Shown here piece after piece: positions 32,020-40,510 of a stretch of DNA of 64,000 nt; position 1 is the first letter of the stretch, and each line of letters begins with the position of its first letter. Both the position numbers and the translations under genes were made by a program. This stretch comes from a virus (taxonomy: Duplodnaviria > Caudoviricetes). The DNA is taken from positions 64,001-128,000 of IMG/VR virus record IMGVR_UViG_3300020576_004053. The stretch is one strand, 5' to 3'. Below the pieces are notes generated by a model. It made no database searches and had not been told where the DNA came from. It worked only from the letters and a program-made list of their open reading frames with translations.

Positions 32020-32718
32020 TTACTCATCATCGCCCAAAAGCTGTAATACCTGATGTTTTTCAATAATGGTCGCCATATGATCCGCCCAATGCAAAATATA
32101 CGGTAACGCGGTACGAATCGGAAATGGGTCGTTGTTCATCAAGTATTTCTTGTTGGCATCATCATAATTACCATCTGCCAACTTGATACCCAACATCTCG
32201 TTAGTCGTATATGAGATCCCATACTGATTTAGCCACATCATGGTATTATCATAGACGGAGAAGAATGGCGCTTCATCATTCTTCTTGAACATTTCGCCTA
32301 ACGTCTTTTTATGCCAATCACTTGTCTGCTTGACATAATAGGGAGCTTCATCGTTTCCAAGCTTACCCAAATCATGATTCAACGCCGCAAATACCAGTTC
32401 TTCCTTGGTAAACGTGACATGTCCACCATTCTTTTTATACATCGATGCCATGGACACCGCCAACTTTGTCACGCGCAGAATATGCGAAACATATCCACCG
32501 GCATAGGCACTGTGAAAATATGAGCGGGTAGAGGCGGGTGATTGCACGATCCGATCTTTCAGATCCGTATATAGCAGCGTTAGTTTATCCGCTCGGTCTG
32601 GATCGGACGTACCAAACGTAGTTTTGACCAACTCCAACAATTCTGTGAAGTCCGCTTCGGCCTGTGCGGGATCTTCCAGTTGGGTCATACAGGCAGTTGC
32701 AAATGCGACAATTGACAT
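32020..32718 (-). CDS. HD-domain hydrolase (YhaM-like)
   Basis: PAS...HSAYAGG.V.H...AALNHDLGK...LHWAD. Confidence 0.8.
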   Translation of the reverse strand: MSIVAFATACMTQLEDPAQAEADFTELLELVKTTFGTSDPDRADKLTLLYTDLKDRIVQSPASTRSYFHSAYAGGYVSHILRVTKLAVSMASMYKKNGGHVTFTKEELVFAALNHDLGKLGNDEAPYYVKQTSDWHKKTLGEMFKKNDEAPFFSVYDNTMMWLNQYGISYTTNEMLGIKLADGNYDDANKKYLMNNDPFPIRTALPYILHWADHMATIIEKHQVLQLLGDDE

Positions 32719-32808
32719 AATACTCCTTGAAGGTGATGCACAAAACATACAAAATTTTGCACCCCTACGCAAGTAAAACGGGGACACCGTGTTGATGTCC
32801 CCGTTTAC

Positions 32809-33312
32809 TTATTTACGTTCCATGTGCATTCGATGTTGAATTTCATATGTCGTTGGAACCCGAGGTGGCGTCAACAACTTCATATTGGTATCTTCCAACA
32901 GGGAATTACCCTTCTTGTTGTTACATCGATTACATGCCGTAACCAAGTTCATCCACACGTCCTGACCACCCTTGTCTTGTGGATGAATATGATCTCTGGT
33001 CAACGATTCCTTATTTGACAGTTCGGTTTTGTGACGACCGCAGTACTGACAGGTGTAGTTATCGCGGAGAAACAGGTTACGATTGTTCACCATAGCGGGC
33101 ACGTGCTGATTTCCGGCCTTCACCATCTTCTTCAGCACGATCCGAACCGGCACTGGATAGATATCATCAAACGAGCGGAAACACAGCGTAGGATGCTCTT
33201 CTAGCAGCGTTGCCTTGCCCTTGATAACCAACTGCAGTGCCCGTCGAAATGAAACCGGCTTTAATCGCTCGTATGTTAAGTTTAGAACTTCACACCTGTG
33301 TCTCTCCCACAT
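32809..33312 (-). CDS. HNH endonuclease (McrA-like)
   Basis: VLN..YE.L...RDNYTCQYCG...TRDHIHP...GG...W.NLVTAC..CN..KG. Confidence 0.9.
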   Translation of the reverse strand: MWERHRCEVLNLTYERLKPVSFRRALQLVIKGKATLLEEHPTLCFRSFDDIYPVPVRIVLKKMVKAGNQHVPAMVNNRNLFLRDNYTCQYCGRHKTELSNKESLTRDHIHPQDKGGQDVWMNLVTACNRCNNKKGNSLLEDTNMKLLTPPRVPTTYEIQHRMHMERK

Positions 33313-33314
33313 AA

Positions 33315-33641
33315 CTACTCCCTATATTTCGTCTCTTCTATGAGGACTTGTGCTAAGTGTTTACGTAAGTATTTATCAGCCAACTGTGCATACTCGTACT
33401 GCTCTCTGCTTATGAACGACTCTTTCAAATACGAAAGTTTCATTGCATAGTCAGCGCGAACAATCTTTGCTACATTATCTGTATTCTTAATCACAAATAA
33501 TATAGTTTCATCCCAGTCAGATCGGATCGCTACCATCAACCGCTTTAGTATAAACACATCAAGGACTTCGACGTGAGTCTGCATAAAGCTCGGTAAACTC
33601 TCTAATGAGAAAGGATAAACGATAGGTTGTGTCACTTGCAT
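33315..33641 (-). CDS. Hypothetical protein
   Basis: 108 aa ORF in operon. Confidence 0.5.
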   Translation of the reverse strand: MQVTQPIVYPFSLESLPSFMQTHVEVLDVFILKRLMVAIRSDWDETILFVIKNTDNVAKIVRADYAMKLSYLKESFISREQYEYAQLADKYLRKHLAQVLIEETKYRE

Positions 33642-33970
33642 TGTTTCATTCCTGCTGAGGTTATTTTAGCCGACACCTTTGTAGTCACCGGATGTGATGC
33701 ATCAACCAGCACACCACTATGATATACCAGTCCTGATGGAGAAATGTACTCCTTTTTCTTCTGCCATCCTCTAGGACGTTTTTCCAACGGTTTCTTTTCT
33801 ACAACAGCGGGTGGATCTATCATCTGTGCAACGCATATCCAACATGTCACCGCTTTCACATACCCCGCCACATCATATACCATTCGACGGCATTCCGAAC
33901 ACGCCAGATCGATTCGTCCTGATGCAGATTCAGCTTCTTTTGCTGTGAGTTTGTGAACGCTACGTTTCAT
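33632..33970 (-). CDS. Zinc-ribbon protein
   Basis: CSEC...CWIC; RPRGW motif. Confidence 0.55.
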   Translation of the reverse strand: MKRSVHKLTAKEAESASGRIDLACSECRRMVYDVAGYVKAVTCWICVAQMIDPPAVVEKKPLEKRPRGWQKKKEYISPSGLVYHSGVLVDASHPVTTKVSAKITSAGMKQCK

Positions 33971-34221
33971 GGATTCATCCGCTTTAGCTGCCGTGCAATT
34001 ACCATATTGAGTTTCGGTACAATAATTTCACGCTGCTCAGACGATAAGGATCGTGTAAACAGAATAGCGTATTTTTGCGCCGAAATCAACTGCCCCACCG
34101 TATGCGTGCTACAAATAACCTTTATAACCTTCCCATAAATAGTCTGGATAGACATAGTTATTCTCCAAATAAAAAGCCACCCCATATTGAGGTGGCTTTC
34201 AGTTACTACGTCTATGCGGGA

Positions 34222-34554
34222 TTATTCCGTTAGCGTAGGAAAGGAAGTTGACACTGAATACGTTCCAGAGGGACGATCTGCCCCACCATAGTATTCTGCG
34301 GCCACATCAACGATGATTTGTGTAAACGCTTTGTCACGCTGTAGTTCATGTAGTTTCTTGAGAAGATTCGCAATATCTTCATCGATACTGTTAATCTGAT
34401 TTTGACCGTGGTCGTGCGCTCCTCGCAAAATATTCATACCAACTCGCACGTTATTTTGAGTTGATTGAACAGATGATCCCATCACAGGACCATCTTCAGC
34501 TACGTCAGCATCAACGACCGATGTTTTTCGAAGATTTAAAAGCGGTGTTGCCAC
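34222..34554 (-). CDS. Hypothetical coiled-coil protein
   Basis: 110 aa, GTG start. Confidence 0.5.
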   Translation of the reverse strand: MATPLLNLRKTSVVDADVAEDGPVMGSSVQSTQNNVRVGMNILRGAHDHGQNQINSIDEDIANLLKKLHELQRDKAFTQIIVDVAAEYYGGADRPSGTYSVSTSFPTLTE

Positions 34555-34566
34555 GATAAATTCCGG

Positions 34567-34800
34567 TTAAAGAGAACTGGAACGAAGTATGTTGCAGAAC
34601 GATACCATCTGGTCATGCGTCATCTTGTTTTTAGCATGGTTTGCAGCGATGCTAACAAACTGAATGTTATCCAACTCGTATCCGCGTGACGAATCTATCC
34701 GATCCAACGATGCTGTATATAACGGATCGGTCGTTCCTTTTTTATGATTTGGGTGGTATAGTTTAACGCCAGTGTACACACACTCACCACGTGGAGACTG
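34567..34800 (-). pseudogene. Truncated HNH-type endonuclease fragment downstream of tmRNA
   Basis: CVYTG...ASLDRIDSSRGY...NIQFV...N..KN with no good start outside the tmRNA. Confidence 0.5.
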
Positions 34801-34814
34801 CCGAAAATGAACAA

Positions 34815-35162
34815 TGGAGGTGTTGGGAGTCGAACCCAAGTCTCAGATATACTACAACAACATCCTTCTACGTGTGTAGTCGATTTTCAATTTTCTCGAC
34901 TTATCCAAATCGACAAATGGAGCCGAGAGTATGTTGCTTGGTCTTACTACACATTCTGCAACATATCCTGTGTAGGCGTCTTGATGTCATACATTCCTTA
35001 TCCCTCAAGCGGAGGCATCGGAACGTGCTTTACTGCAAATTACGCAGCGAGAGCAAGGCGAGTGTTAGTGCCAGTTAAGTTTTTTGATAGATTTTTACGA
35101 GTTTCCATCAACTCGACACGCCAAACGTCACTTCGCAACCTGATCGAAGCCAAGGCACCCCC
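34815..35162 (-). ncRNA. ssrA: tmRNA, tag (A)GTNTRLALAA*
   Basis: 5' GGGGGUG pairs with 3' CACCUCC-A (G3.U70 Ala determinant); T-arm GGGUUCGACUCCC; tag frame GGC ACT AAC ACT CGC CTT GCT CTC GCT GCG TAA at 35072-35040 after UUAACU; 348 nt. Confidence 0.95.
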
Positions 35163-35173
35163 GAAGGACCAAC

Positions 35174-35737
35174 TTACACCTTGACGAGCAAGTCGTCAAG
35201 GTGGTTCTGCATCCGAATCATCGCCCCGTAAAACGAATCGGGATCTTCAGTATCGGGTATATCCGTACGATACAACATCGATTTGAACTCTGCATGTTCT
35301 TTTCGATACATCTGCACCATCTTCCCACCACTCTCTACGTTGGCAATACGATCTGCCAACTTCAAGATAATGGCGTTATCCCCATATGCCACAATCCGAG
35401 GATACGTCTGTTCATGTCGCCACTTCCGATTCCCACCTTTCGGCTCGGTGACGGCTTCAACACAGTTGGCAACACCCTCACCAAAGAACGAAACAAGTTC
35501 TTCATATGTTGCGGTGGTATCTTCCCGCACATCATGTAACCACGCACAGATCCGCAGTGCCGTCACCAACTCACTTCGATATGAGAAAAATCGAAGGATC
35601 ACGCTATCTACTGCCTGAAGATGAATCGCATATGGAAATTCATCACCATACGTTTGTGTCCCATGCGCCTTGATGGCAAATGCTTTCGCACGCTGTAGAA
35701 GGGCATCGTTGTAGACAAGTGTGGTGGCGAGTTTCAT
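35174..35737 (-). CDS. Stand-alone RelA/SpoT-type HD hydrolase (Mesh1/SAH-like)
   Basis: A..FA..AH..Q...PY..HL..V...AWLHDVREDT...FG..VA..V..VT...LKLADR..N. Confidence 0.85.
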   Translation of the reverse strand: MKLATTLVYNDALLQRAKAFAIKAHGTQTYGDEFPYAIHLQAVDSVILRFFSYRSELVTALRICAWLHDVREDTTATYEELVSFFGEGVANCVEAVTEPKGGNRKWRHEQTYPRIVAYGDNAIILKLADRIANVESGGKMVQMYRKEHAEFKSMLYRTDIPDTEDPDSFYGAMIRMQNHLDDLLVKV

Positions 35738-35765
35738 ATCGTCTCCTAGTGAGTAGTTACCTAGA

Positions 35766-35794
35766 AGTATATACCAGCCTCAACTATCTGTCAA
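35766..35794 (-). promoter_or_regulatory. sigma70-type promoter
   Basis: TTGACA-17nt-TATACT upstream of the HD gene and tmRNA. Confidence 0.8.
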
Positions 35795-36246
35795 TGGGGT
35801 TTTTCTTCTAATACTCCACATTCTAACAATGCCCGAATTCCATCCTCAACCTGCTTCCGCGTACGAGTATATGAATTCCGAATGTTTTTTCGCTCTGCTG
35901 CCCAGATGGCTTCCAAAATTTCTTCAGCCGTCGACCATCGATAGTTAGGAATCGTGCGTAATAAATCGCCCCAATCAATCGACAATCGTCGTACCAATTC
36001 CTTCGTAATATCTGCCCGAATATGACCATTGGGCGTTCGAAAGTTTAATCGATAATACGGTTGTGTGACAATTCGTTCCGCCACCTTTACTTCTTCTGCC
36101 GTAAACGTCTTTGGAGTAGGAACCGCTGGCTTCTCCGATACCACTGGCTTCTCTGGTACCGGTGCCGGTTTTGGTGCAGGGGGTTTTGGTGGAGGAACCG
36201 ACCCTGTTGTATCTGTTACAATAACCGCATTAGTAGTTTCTGCCAT
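35791..36246 (-). CDS. Hypothetical protein with Pro-rich N-terminus
   Basis: GGAG RBS, TATTTAT upstream. Confidence 0.55.
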   Translation of the reverse strand: MAETTNAVIVTDTTGSVPPPKPPAPKPAPVPEKPVVSEKPAVPTPKTFTAEEVKVAERIVTQPYYRLNFRTPNGHIRADITKELVRRLSIDWGDLLRTIPNYRWSTAEEILEAIWAAERKNIRNSYTRTRKQVEDGIRALLECGVLEEKPH

Positions 36247-36331
36247 CACATAACTCCTTTATAGACAATACCATCATTGCTATAAATACATAGTACATAA
36301 GAAAATACCCCGCTATTCGCAGGGTAGATTC

Positions 36332-36982
36332 TTAGAAGTCCATCGTTTCGTCGATGTTGAGAATTCGATAGTTATATCCTCTCGCGGGGTAGTGCATGTG
36401 ACCGGCCACCGTGAGCGGATTCCCTAGTCGATTCCACAGCGTTTCGATCAACACCGAATTCGGATCAACCCAATCAATGGGAACGCCAAACCGCAGTTTA
36501 TTCATCGGATTTGACGTGGCATCGATGATGGATTTGGGTGGTACGTGCGTCACCAACAAATCAACCGACTCTACATGGTCAAGCCGACGCATCTCTTCGT
36601 CCGTGATGTTTTCGCCTTCCGACCAGTGCCACCCCATCTGAAGTCGCAGTGCCTTATCGATGGATGCAGCACCACCCATAAACGCGATCTTCCGACCATC
36701 CAACTCCGTCACAAATCCCCGAGGGACAAAGAACAGATTGGGATAGACTTCCGTCAACGTATCCGTGGCAAACTGGGCAAGGTAATCGTGATACTCGTGA
36801 TTACCGTCTATGGCGAGGACAGGGATTGGCGGTTTAAACTTTTTGAAAAAGCTGATGTTATTCGGGTTCCATCCCATATCACCAACTTGAATCAATGCCA
36901 CCGCGCCTTCACTAGCCGCCACATCAGCCGCTGCAATCAGGACACGATAGTTGCCGTGGATATCTCCGATAATTTTGATCAT
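36332..36982 (-). CDS. Metallophosphoesterase
   Basis: GDIHG, VGD.G, DGNHE, THVP, GHMH; start trimmed to MIKIIG, downstream of the tRNA. Confidence 0.85.
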   Translation of the reverse strand: MIKIIGDIHGNYRVLIAAADVAASEGAVALIQVGDMGWNPNNISFFKKFKPPIPVLAIDGNHEYHDYLAQFATDTLTEVYPNLFFVPRGFVTELDGRKIAFMGGAASIDKALRLQMGWHWSEGENITDEEMRRLDHVESVDLLVTHVPPKSIIDATSNPMNKLRFGVPIDWVDPNSVLIETLWNRLGNPLTVAGHMHYPARGYNYRILNIDETMDF

Positions 36983-37017
36983 ACTATAACGTAATGTGAT
37001 ACTACAAGTATCGCAAG

Positions 37018-37106
37018 CGGTACCTACAGGATTCGAACCTGTGGGACGATTGCTCGCCCGTTCGCTTTCCAAGCGAATGCCTTAAGCCGAACTCAGCCAA
37101 AGTACC
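37018..37106 (-). tRNA. tRNA-Ser(GGA)
   Basis: Cloverleaf with long variable arm; TTCGC-TTGGAAA-GCGAA; no encoded CCA. Confidence 0.9.
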
Positions 37107-37232
37107 TAAACGGGTGGACCTGACGCCATCTTCAACGAGAAGATTTCTAATAACGGTTCGTAACACGGTCCTAAGTGGGCTGTCTTCTGCACACACGCTC
37201 GGTTTGTTATTAGCCACCCAAGGTTTAAACGT

Positions 37233-37547
37233 TTACTTTCCGACTTCGGCTTCTGCCTTCAATGTTTCGAACGCTTCCGTTGTGGCAATCATACTAGCCA
37301 ACAACCAGATACAGCCAACTGCCACATCCTTGACTTCATCAGAAAAGGCGTTTGAACCATTATCACGGATCGCGGTAGTCATTTCGAATACCTCTTCCAT
37401 AATAATTCCAAAGCCTTCGTGTCGACTCACATATGCGCGGCGTCCATGTTTTTCAATCTTCGATCCAACATGTGATGTAATAACTTCTAATGCCGCCAAC
37501 AAATGTTTGTCATCTACTGCCACCACATTATGCGCTTCTACAGACAT
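37233..37547 (-). CDS. MazG-like all-alpha protein
   Basis: HEGFGIIMEEVFE...EVKDVA acidic pattern. Confidence 0.45.
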   Translation of the reverse strand: MSVEAHNVVAVDDKHLLAALEVITSHVGSKIEKHGRRAYVSRHEGFGIIMEEVFEMTTAIRDNGSNAFSDEVKDVAVGCIWLLASMIATTEAFETLKAEAEVGK

Positions 37548-37675
37548 TATAACCTCGTATATATTGATGTGTAATACAGCGTCCTTCCCATCAATATACC
37601 AAAGTTTATGGTAATATGGGAAGTGGGCCTATGCACATATACATAGGCCCACTCCACAATTATCAGACGGTGTTA

Positions 37676-38053
37676 TCAGGCAGAAAAATATTCCGGTTGC
37701 CTAGCCTCTTCTCGTTGCTGTGCTGCCTTTTTCTTGGATGCCGCTCGCAGTTCCAACATGACCCATGCAATTCGTGAGGCGGCAGAACGTGGATTTTCGT
37801 TGACAATCTTGCGAGTACGGTTTTTTGGCATCTTATTCAACTGCTTCTGATCTCGCACATCCTGTGAGATTTCAGCGTATGCAGCCTTCCACACTTCTTT
37901 CCATGCCAGATACTCATCCCGTGTGGTAAAGTTGAGATTTGCGGCAAGTACGTCTTCCAACATGACGACTGCACCACCACCTACAATGGCTTTACCCAGA
38001 AAACGGAACTGACGGGCGTGCTGCGACGTAATAGAATCGATAAAAAACGACAT
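37676..38053 (-). CDS. Hypothetical protein
   Basis: 125 aa, GGAG RBS. Confidence 0.55.
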   Translation of the reverse strand: MSFFIDSITSQHARQFRFLGKAIVGGGAVVMLEDVLAANLNFTTRDEYLAWKEVWKAAYAEISQDVRDQKQLNKMPKNRTRKIVNENPRSAASRIAWVMLELRAASKKKAAQQREEARQPEYFSA

Positions 38054-38067
38054 GATAATGCTCCGAG

Positions 38068-38477
38068 TTATCGCACTAAGGCGAAGTGTTTAGTTAGAAA
38101 CTTGATACGATCTCGTGTAATGGGACCGATACCAAGCGCAGTTATAACAGGAGAACCATCGAAGTGAGGTGGGTGAATGTGACCACTATCTGTGATCAGT
38201 GCACACGGAATATTGTGAAACTGTGCTTGTTCATACGCCCACAACAACTTATCCAGTGTTGGAGCCACCAGTGCGATTTTGGTTCCATGACCATCTCCCA
38301 AATATGCGTTAGCTATGGGAGGGTCACGCTCATGACACTGTAAAAACGCGTCAAGGAATGCATGTCCTGCTTGTGCTGCTAACTTGCCCGAAGACATTTC
38401 CAGATCACCACGTAAGATTGCGTATAAACGTAGTGTCGGATCGTTTTTGTCACATCTACAACATCGGTATGCTCCAT
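38068..38477 (-). CDS. Peptidyl-tRNA hydrolase Pth2-like (true start uncertain, possibly recoded)
   Basis: LYAILRGDLEMSSGKLAAQAGHA...KIAL...ITDSG...TALGIGP; the conserved first strand lies upstream of the first in-frame ATG (38397). Confidence 0.8.
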
Positions 38478-38596
38478 GAAAAGATGAACCTGCGTACTAC
38501 CCAACAAGGCGAGAGGGCGAAAAATGGAAGCAGCCACCTAAGTGTGACTGGAATGACCCCATTCAGTAAATCTCACGAGTTTACTACTCTCACCTA

Positions 38597-38670
38597 AGAT
38601 CACGACGGGAATTGAACCCGCAACCGGTCGGGATTAGAGGCCCGCTGCTCTACCGTTGAGCTACATGATC
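38597..38670 (-). tRNA. Atypical tRNA with 8-nt anticodon loop CCUCUAAU (amber-suppressor-like, CUA)
   Basis: GATCATG/CGTGATC acceptor, normal D and T arms, CGGG-CCTCTAAT-CCCG anticodon arm. Confidence 0.75.
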
Positions 38671-38684
38671 GTTGTTCCACATAC

Positions 38685-38713
38685 AACCTATCATATCATG
38701 AACCTGCTGTCAA
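38685..38713 (-). promoter_or_regulatory. sigma70-type promoter
   Basis: TTGACA-17nt-TAGGTT directly upstream of the suppressor-like tRNA. Confidence 0.65.
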
Positions 38714-39120
38714 CCCTTGAAAATCAAGTTATAGTCGGTGGGGTCGGTGATGTTTTGTAGACCATTATATACCTGTCTATAGATAGTCGTATTACCAGAA
38801 AACTTCGCTCGGTATGGAATATTATAGACATCTGATATTGCCTTAGCTACGCCCACGGATCGACTTACACCCATATGACAGTGTATCAAAATACCATCAT
38901 ATTTTTCTTCCATGAATCGCTGGATAGTCTTGACTACCCGTACCAGATCATCTTCATCGAAACCGGAATTATCATCCGGAACATAAAATAGGGCGATAGA
39001 TTTCCACCCGTCTTTATGGTTAGGAAAGTCGGAACCGGGATCGTTTATACTGATCATACCCCAGTTTGATAGTGGGTACTGCGTTTCAGCTTCATGACGA
39101 CTACATGTTTTTAATCTCAT
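38710..39120 (-). CDS. Cys-dependent (protein-tyrosine/dual-specificity-like) phosphatase
   Basis: HCHMGVSRS (CX5R) motif. Confidence 0.8.
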   Translation of the reverse strand: MRLKTCSRHEAETQYPLSNWGMISINDPGSDFPNHKDGWKSIALFYVPDDNSGFDEDDLVRVVKTIQRFMEEKYDGILIHCHMGVSRSVGVAKAISDVYNIPYRAKFSGNTTIYRQVYNGLQNITDPTDYNLIFKG

Positions 39121-39123
39121 AAG

Positions 39124-39198
39124 CACCTCTGACGGGAGTCGAACCCGCATAATCCAATTACACTGAAATCGTTTAGGAAACGATGGTGATACAGAGGT
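39124..39198 (-). tRNA. D-armless tRNA-like RNA, anticodon CCT (Arg)
   Basis: ACCTCTG/CAGAGGT acceptor, only 7 nt in place of the D arm, ATCGT-TTCCTAA-ACGAT, long variable hairpin, canonical T arm. Confidence 0.65.
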
Positions 39199-39324
39199 AT
39201 AACTATATTCACACGACGTATGAATATAGTTTGATGACCAGTCCGAGTACAAGCACGATGATGAAGGGTGCAATGATATCCGCACCCTCTTCGATCCAAT
39301 CTGTGATCGTTTCCTTCAACCGGC

Positions 39325-39543
39325 TCATTTGAGTTTCCTCACGAGAGATTCTTTTTCAGGCTTCATCGGAAGGGTGCACGTATTACCACGTCCCTGCCCC
39401 GGCTTTGGCTTCTGTGTCAACAATTCAGACGGCGCATCGGTCAACCACTTACCCTGTCCTTTTGCACCCTGTGGAATGATTTTGTTGACATCTCCGTTGG
39501 CCTGTGCGATTGCCTTTTTCCAGCGTACACTGCGACGACTCAT
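39325..39543 (-). CDS. Small basic hypothetical protein
   Basis: MSRRSVRWKK..., GAGG RBS. Confidence 0.5.
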   Translation of the reverse strand: MSRRSVRWKKAIAQANGDVNKIIPQGAKGQGKWLTDAPSELLTQKPKPGQGRGNTCTLPMKPEKESLVRKLK

Positions 39544-39567
39544 GTTACCCTCGTAAAAAATGAAAAA

Positions 39568-39639
39568 CGCCCCCAAAGGGAATTGAACCCATATTACTAC
39601 TATACCAAAGTAGCGTCCTAGCCGTTAAACGATAGGGGC
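39568..39639 (-). tRNA. tRNA, anticodon GGT (Thr), Glu-like D arm
   Basis: GCCCCTA/TGGGGGC acceptor; CTACT-TTGGTAT-AGTAG. Confidence 0.75.
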
Positions 39640-40230
39640 TGGATTGACCAACGTATAGTGATCTTCCATCATCTCCAACTGCACACGTGGAAAGATCGAC
39701 ACTCCAAAAATTCCATGAAACATCTGTTTGGCACACGTCTCATGGGGTACTCTACCCGCCCCGGTACCCATTCCAGAGAACACGACCGATTCGATTCCAT
39801 GCATACGCGCCCATCGCATCGCAGCACGTGTAGCAAGAAACGGATTGACGGTATCAGACGGCAATTCCATCGGTACCCGCATGGTTGGTGCACAGATCAA
39901 GCGAGGAATATTCGGATGATCGGTCGTAACATCAAACGCCTGACCAATCAGAAGTTCGCCGCCATACTGTGACACGATCCGACCCCGTACCTTCTGTTCG
40001 ACCGATTCTCCAAAATATTCCAACAATGCCGCATCGATGCCACCCCGCATAAACCCAAAACTATTAGCAGGACTAACGATGGCTTCCGCACTGAAGGTAG
40101 GATCTTCCAACACCGATCCATGAAAAATTGTCACCCGATCATCCGATTTGGACGGCATGGTTTCTGCTGTAAATACAGATTTCCACGCGTCCACCATCTT
40201 GATGTTTCGATCCGCTAGAATGATATGCAT
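39625..40230 (-). CDS. Macrodomain (ADP-ribose / Appr-1''-p processing) protein
   Basis: AIVSPANSFGFMRGGIDAA...APTMRVP...GMGTGAG. Confidence 0.9.
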   Translation of the reverse strand: MHIILADRNIKMVDAWKSVFTAETMPSKSDDRVTIFHGSVLEDPTFSAEAIVSPANSFGFMRGGIDAALLEYFGESVEQKVRGRIVSQYGGELLIGQAFDVTTDHPNIPRLICAPTMRVPMELPSDTVNPFLATRAAMRWARMHGIESVVFSGMGTGAGRVPHETCAKQMFHGIFGVSIFPRVQLEMMEDHYTLVNPAPIV

Positions 40231-40232
40231 AG

Positions 40233-40307
40233 TACCAGCAGTGGGCATCGAACCCACTTTATATTGTTTATGAGACAATCCCCGATGCCAAACCGGTCCC
40301 TACTGGC
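40233..40307 (-). tRNA. tRNA-Met/Ile2 (CAT)
   Basis: ATTGT-CTCATAA-ACAAT; atypical D arm. Confidence 0.75.
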
Positions 40308-40315
40308 ATAATACT

Positions 40316-40344
40316 ATAGTACATCCATCCCGCTCATCTGTCAA
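40316..40344 (-). promoter_or_regulatory. sigma70-type promoter
   Basis: TTGACA-17nt-TACTAT. Confidence 0.65.
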
Positions 40345-40412
40345 GGGTCTAATGATGCATCCACAAGGGAATTGACAGCATCAATACCCACCATATCAAT
40401 CGCTTCATTGGA

Positions 40413-40485
40413 TATCCGTAATAGGATTTGAACCTATGGCCCCTACCATGTCAAGGTAGTGCTCTAACCACTGAGCTATACGGAT
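40413..40485 (-). tRNA. tRNA-Val(GAC)
   Basis: CTACC-TTGACAT-GGTAG, canonical cloverleaf. Confidence 0.9.
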
Positions 40486-40510
40486 CACATCGCATAGCTC
40501 AGAGATCTAC

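Noticed and set aside
34791-35184. ORFs 34791..35078 and 34807..35184
   Set aside because: Antisense to the tmRNA.
36983-37217. N-terminal extensions or ORFs running through tRNA genes (also 39121-39285, 40231-40278, 49564-49596)
   Set aside because: They translate tRNA sequence; better starts lie downstream of the RNA genes.
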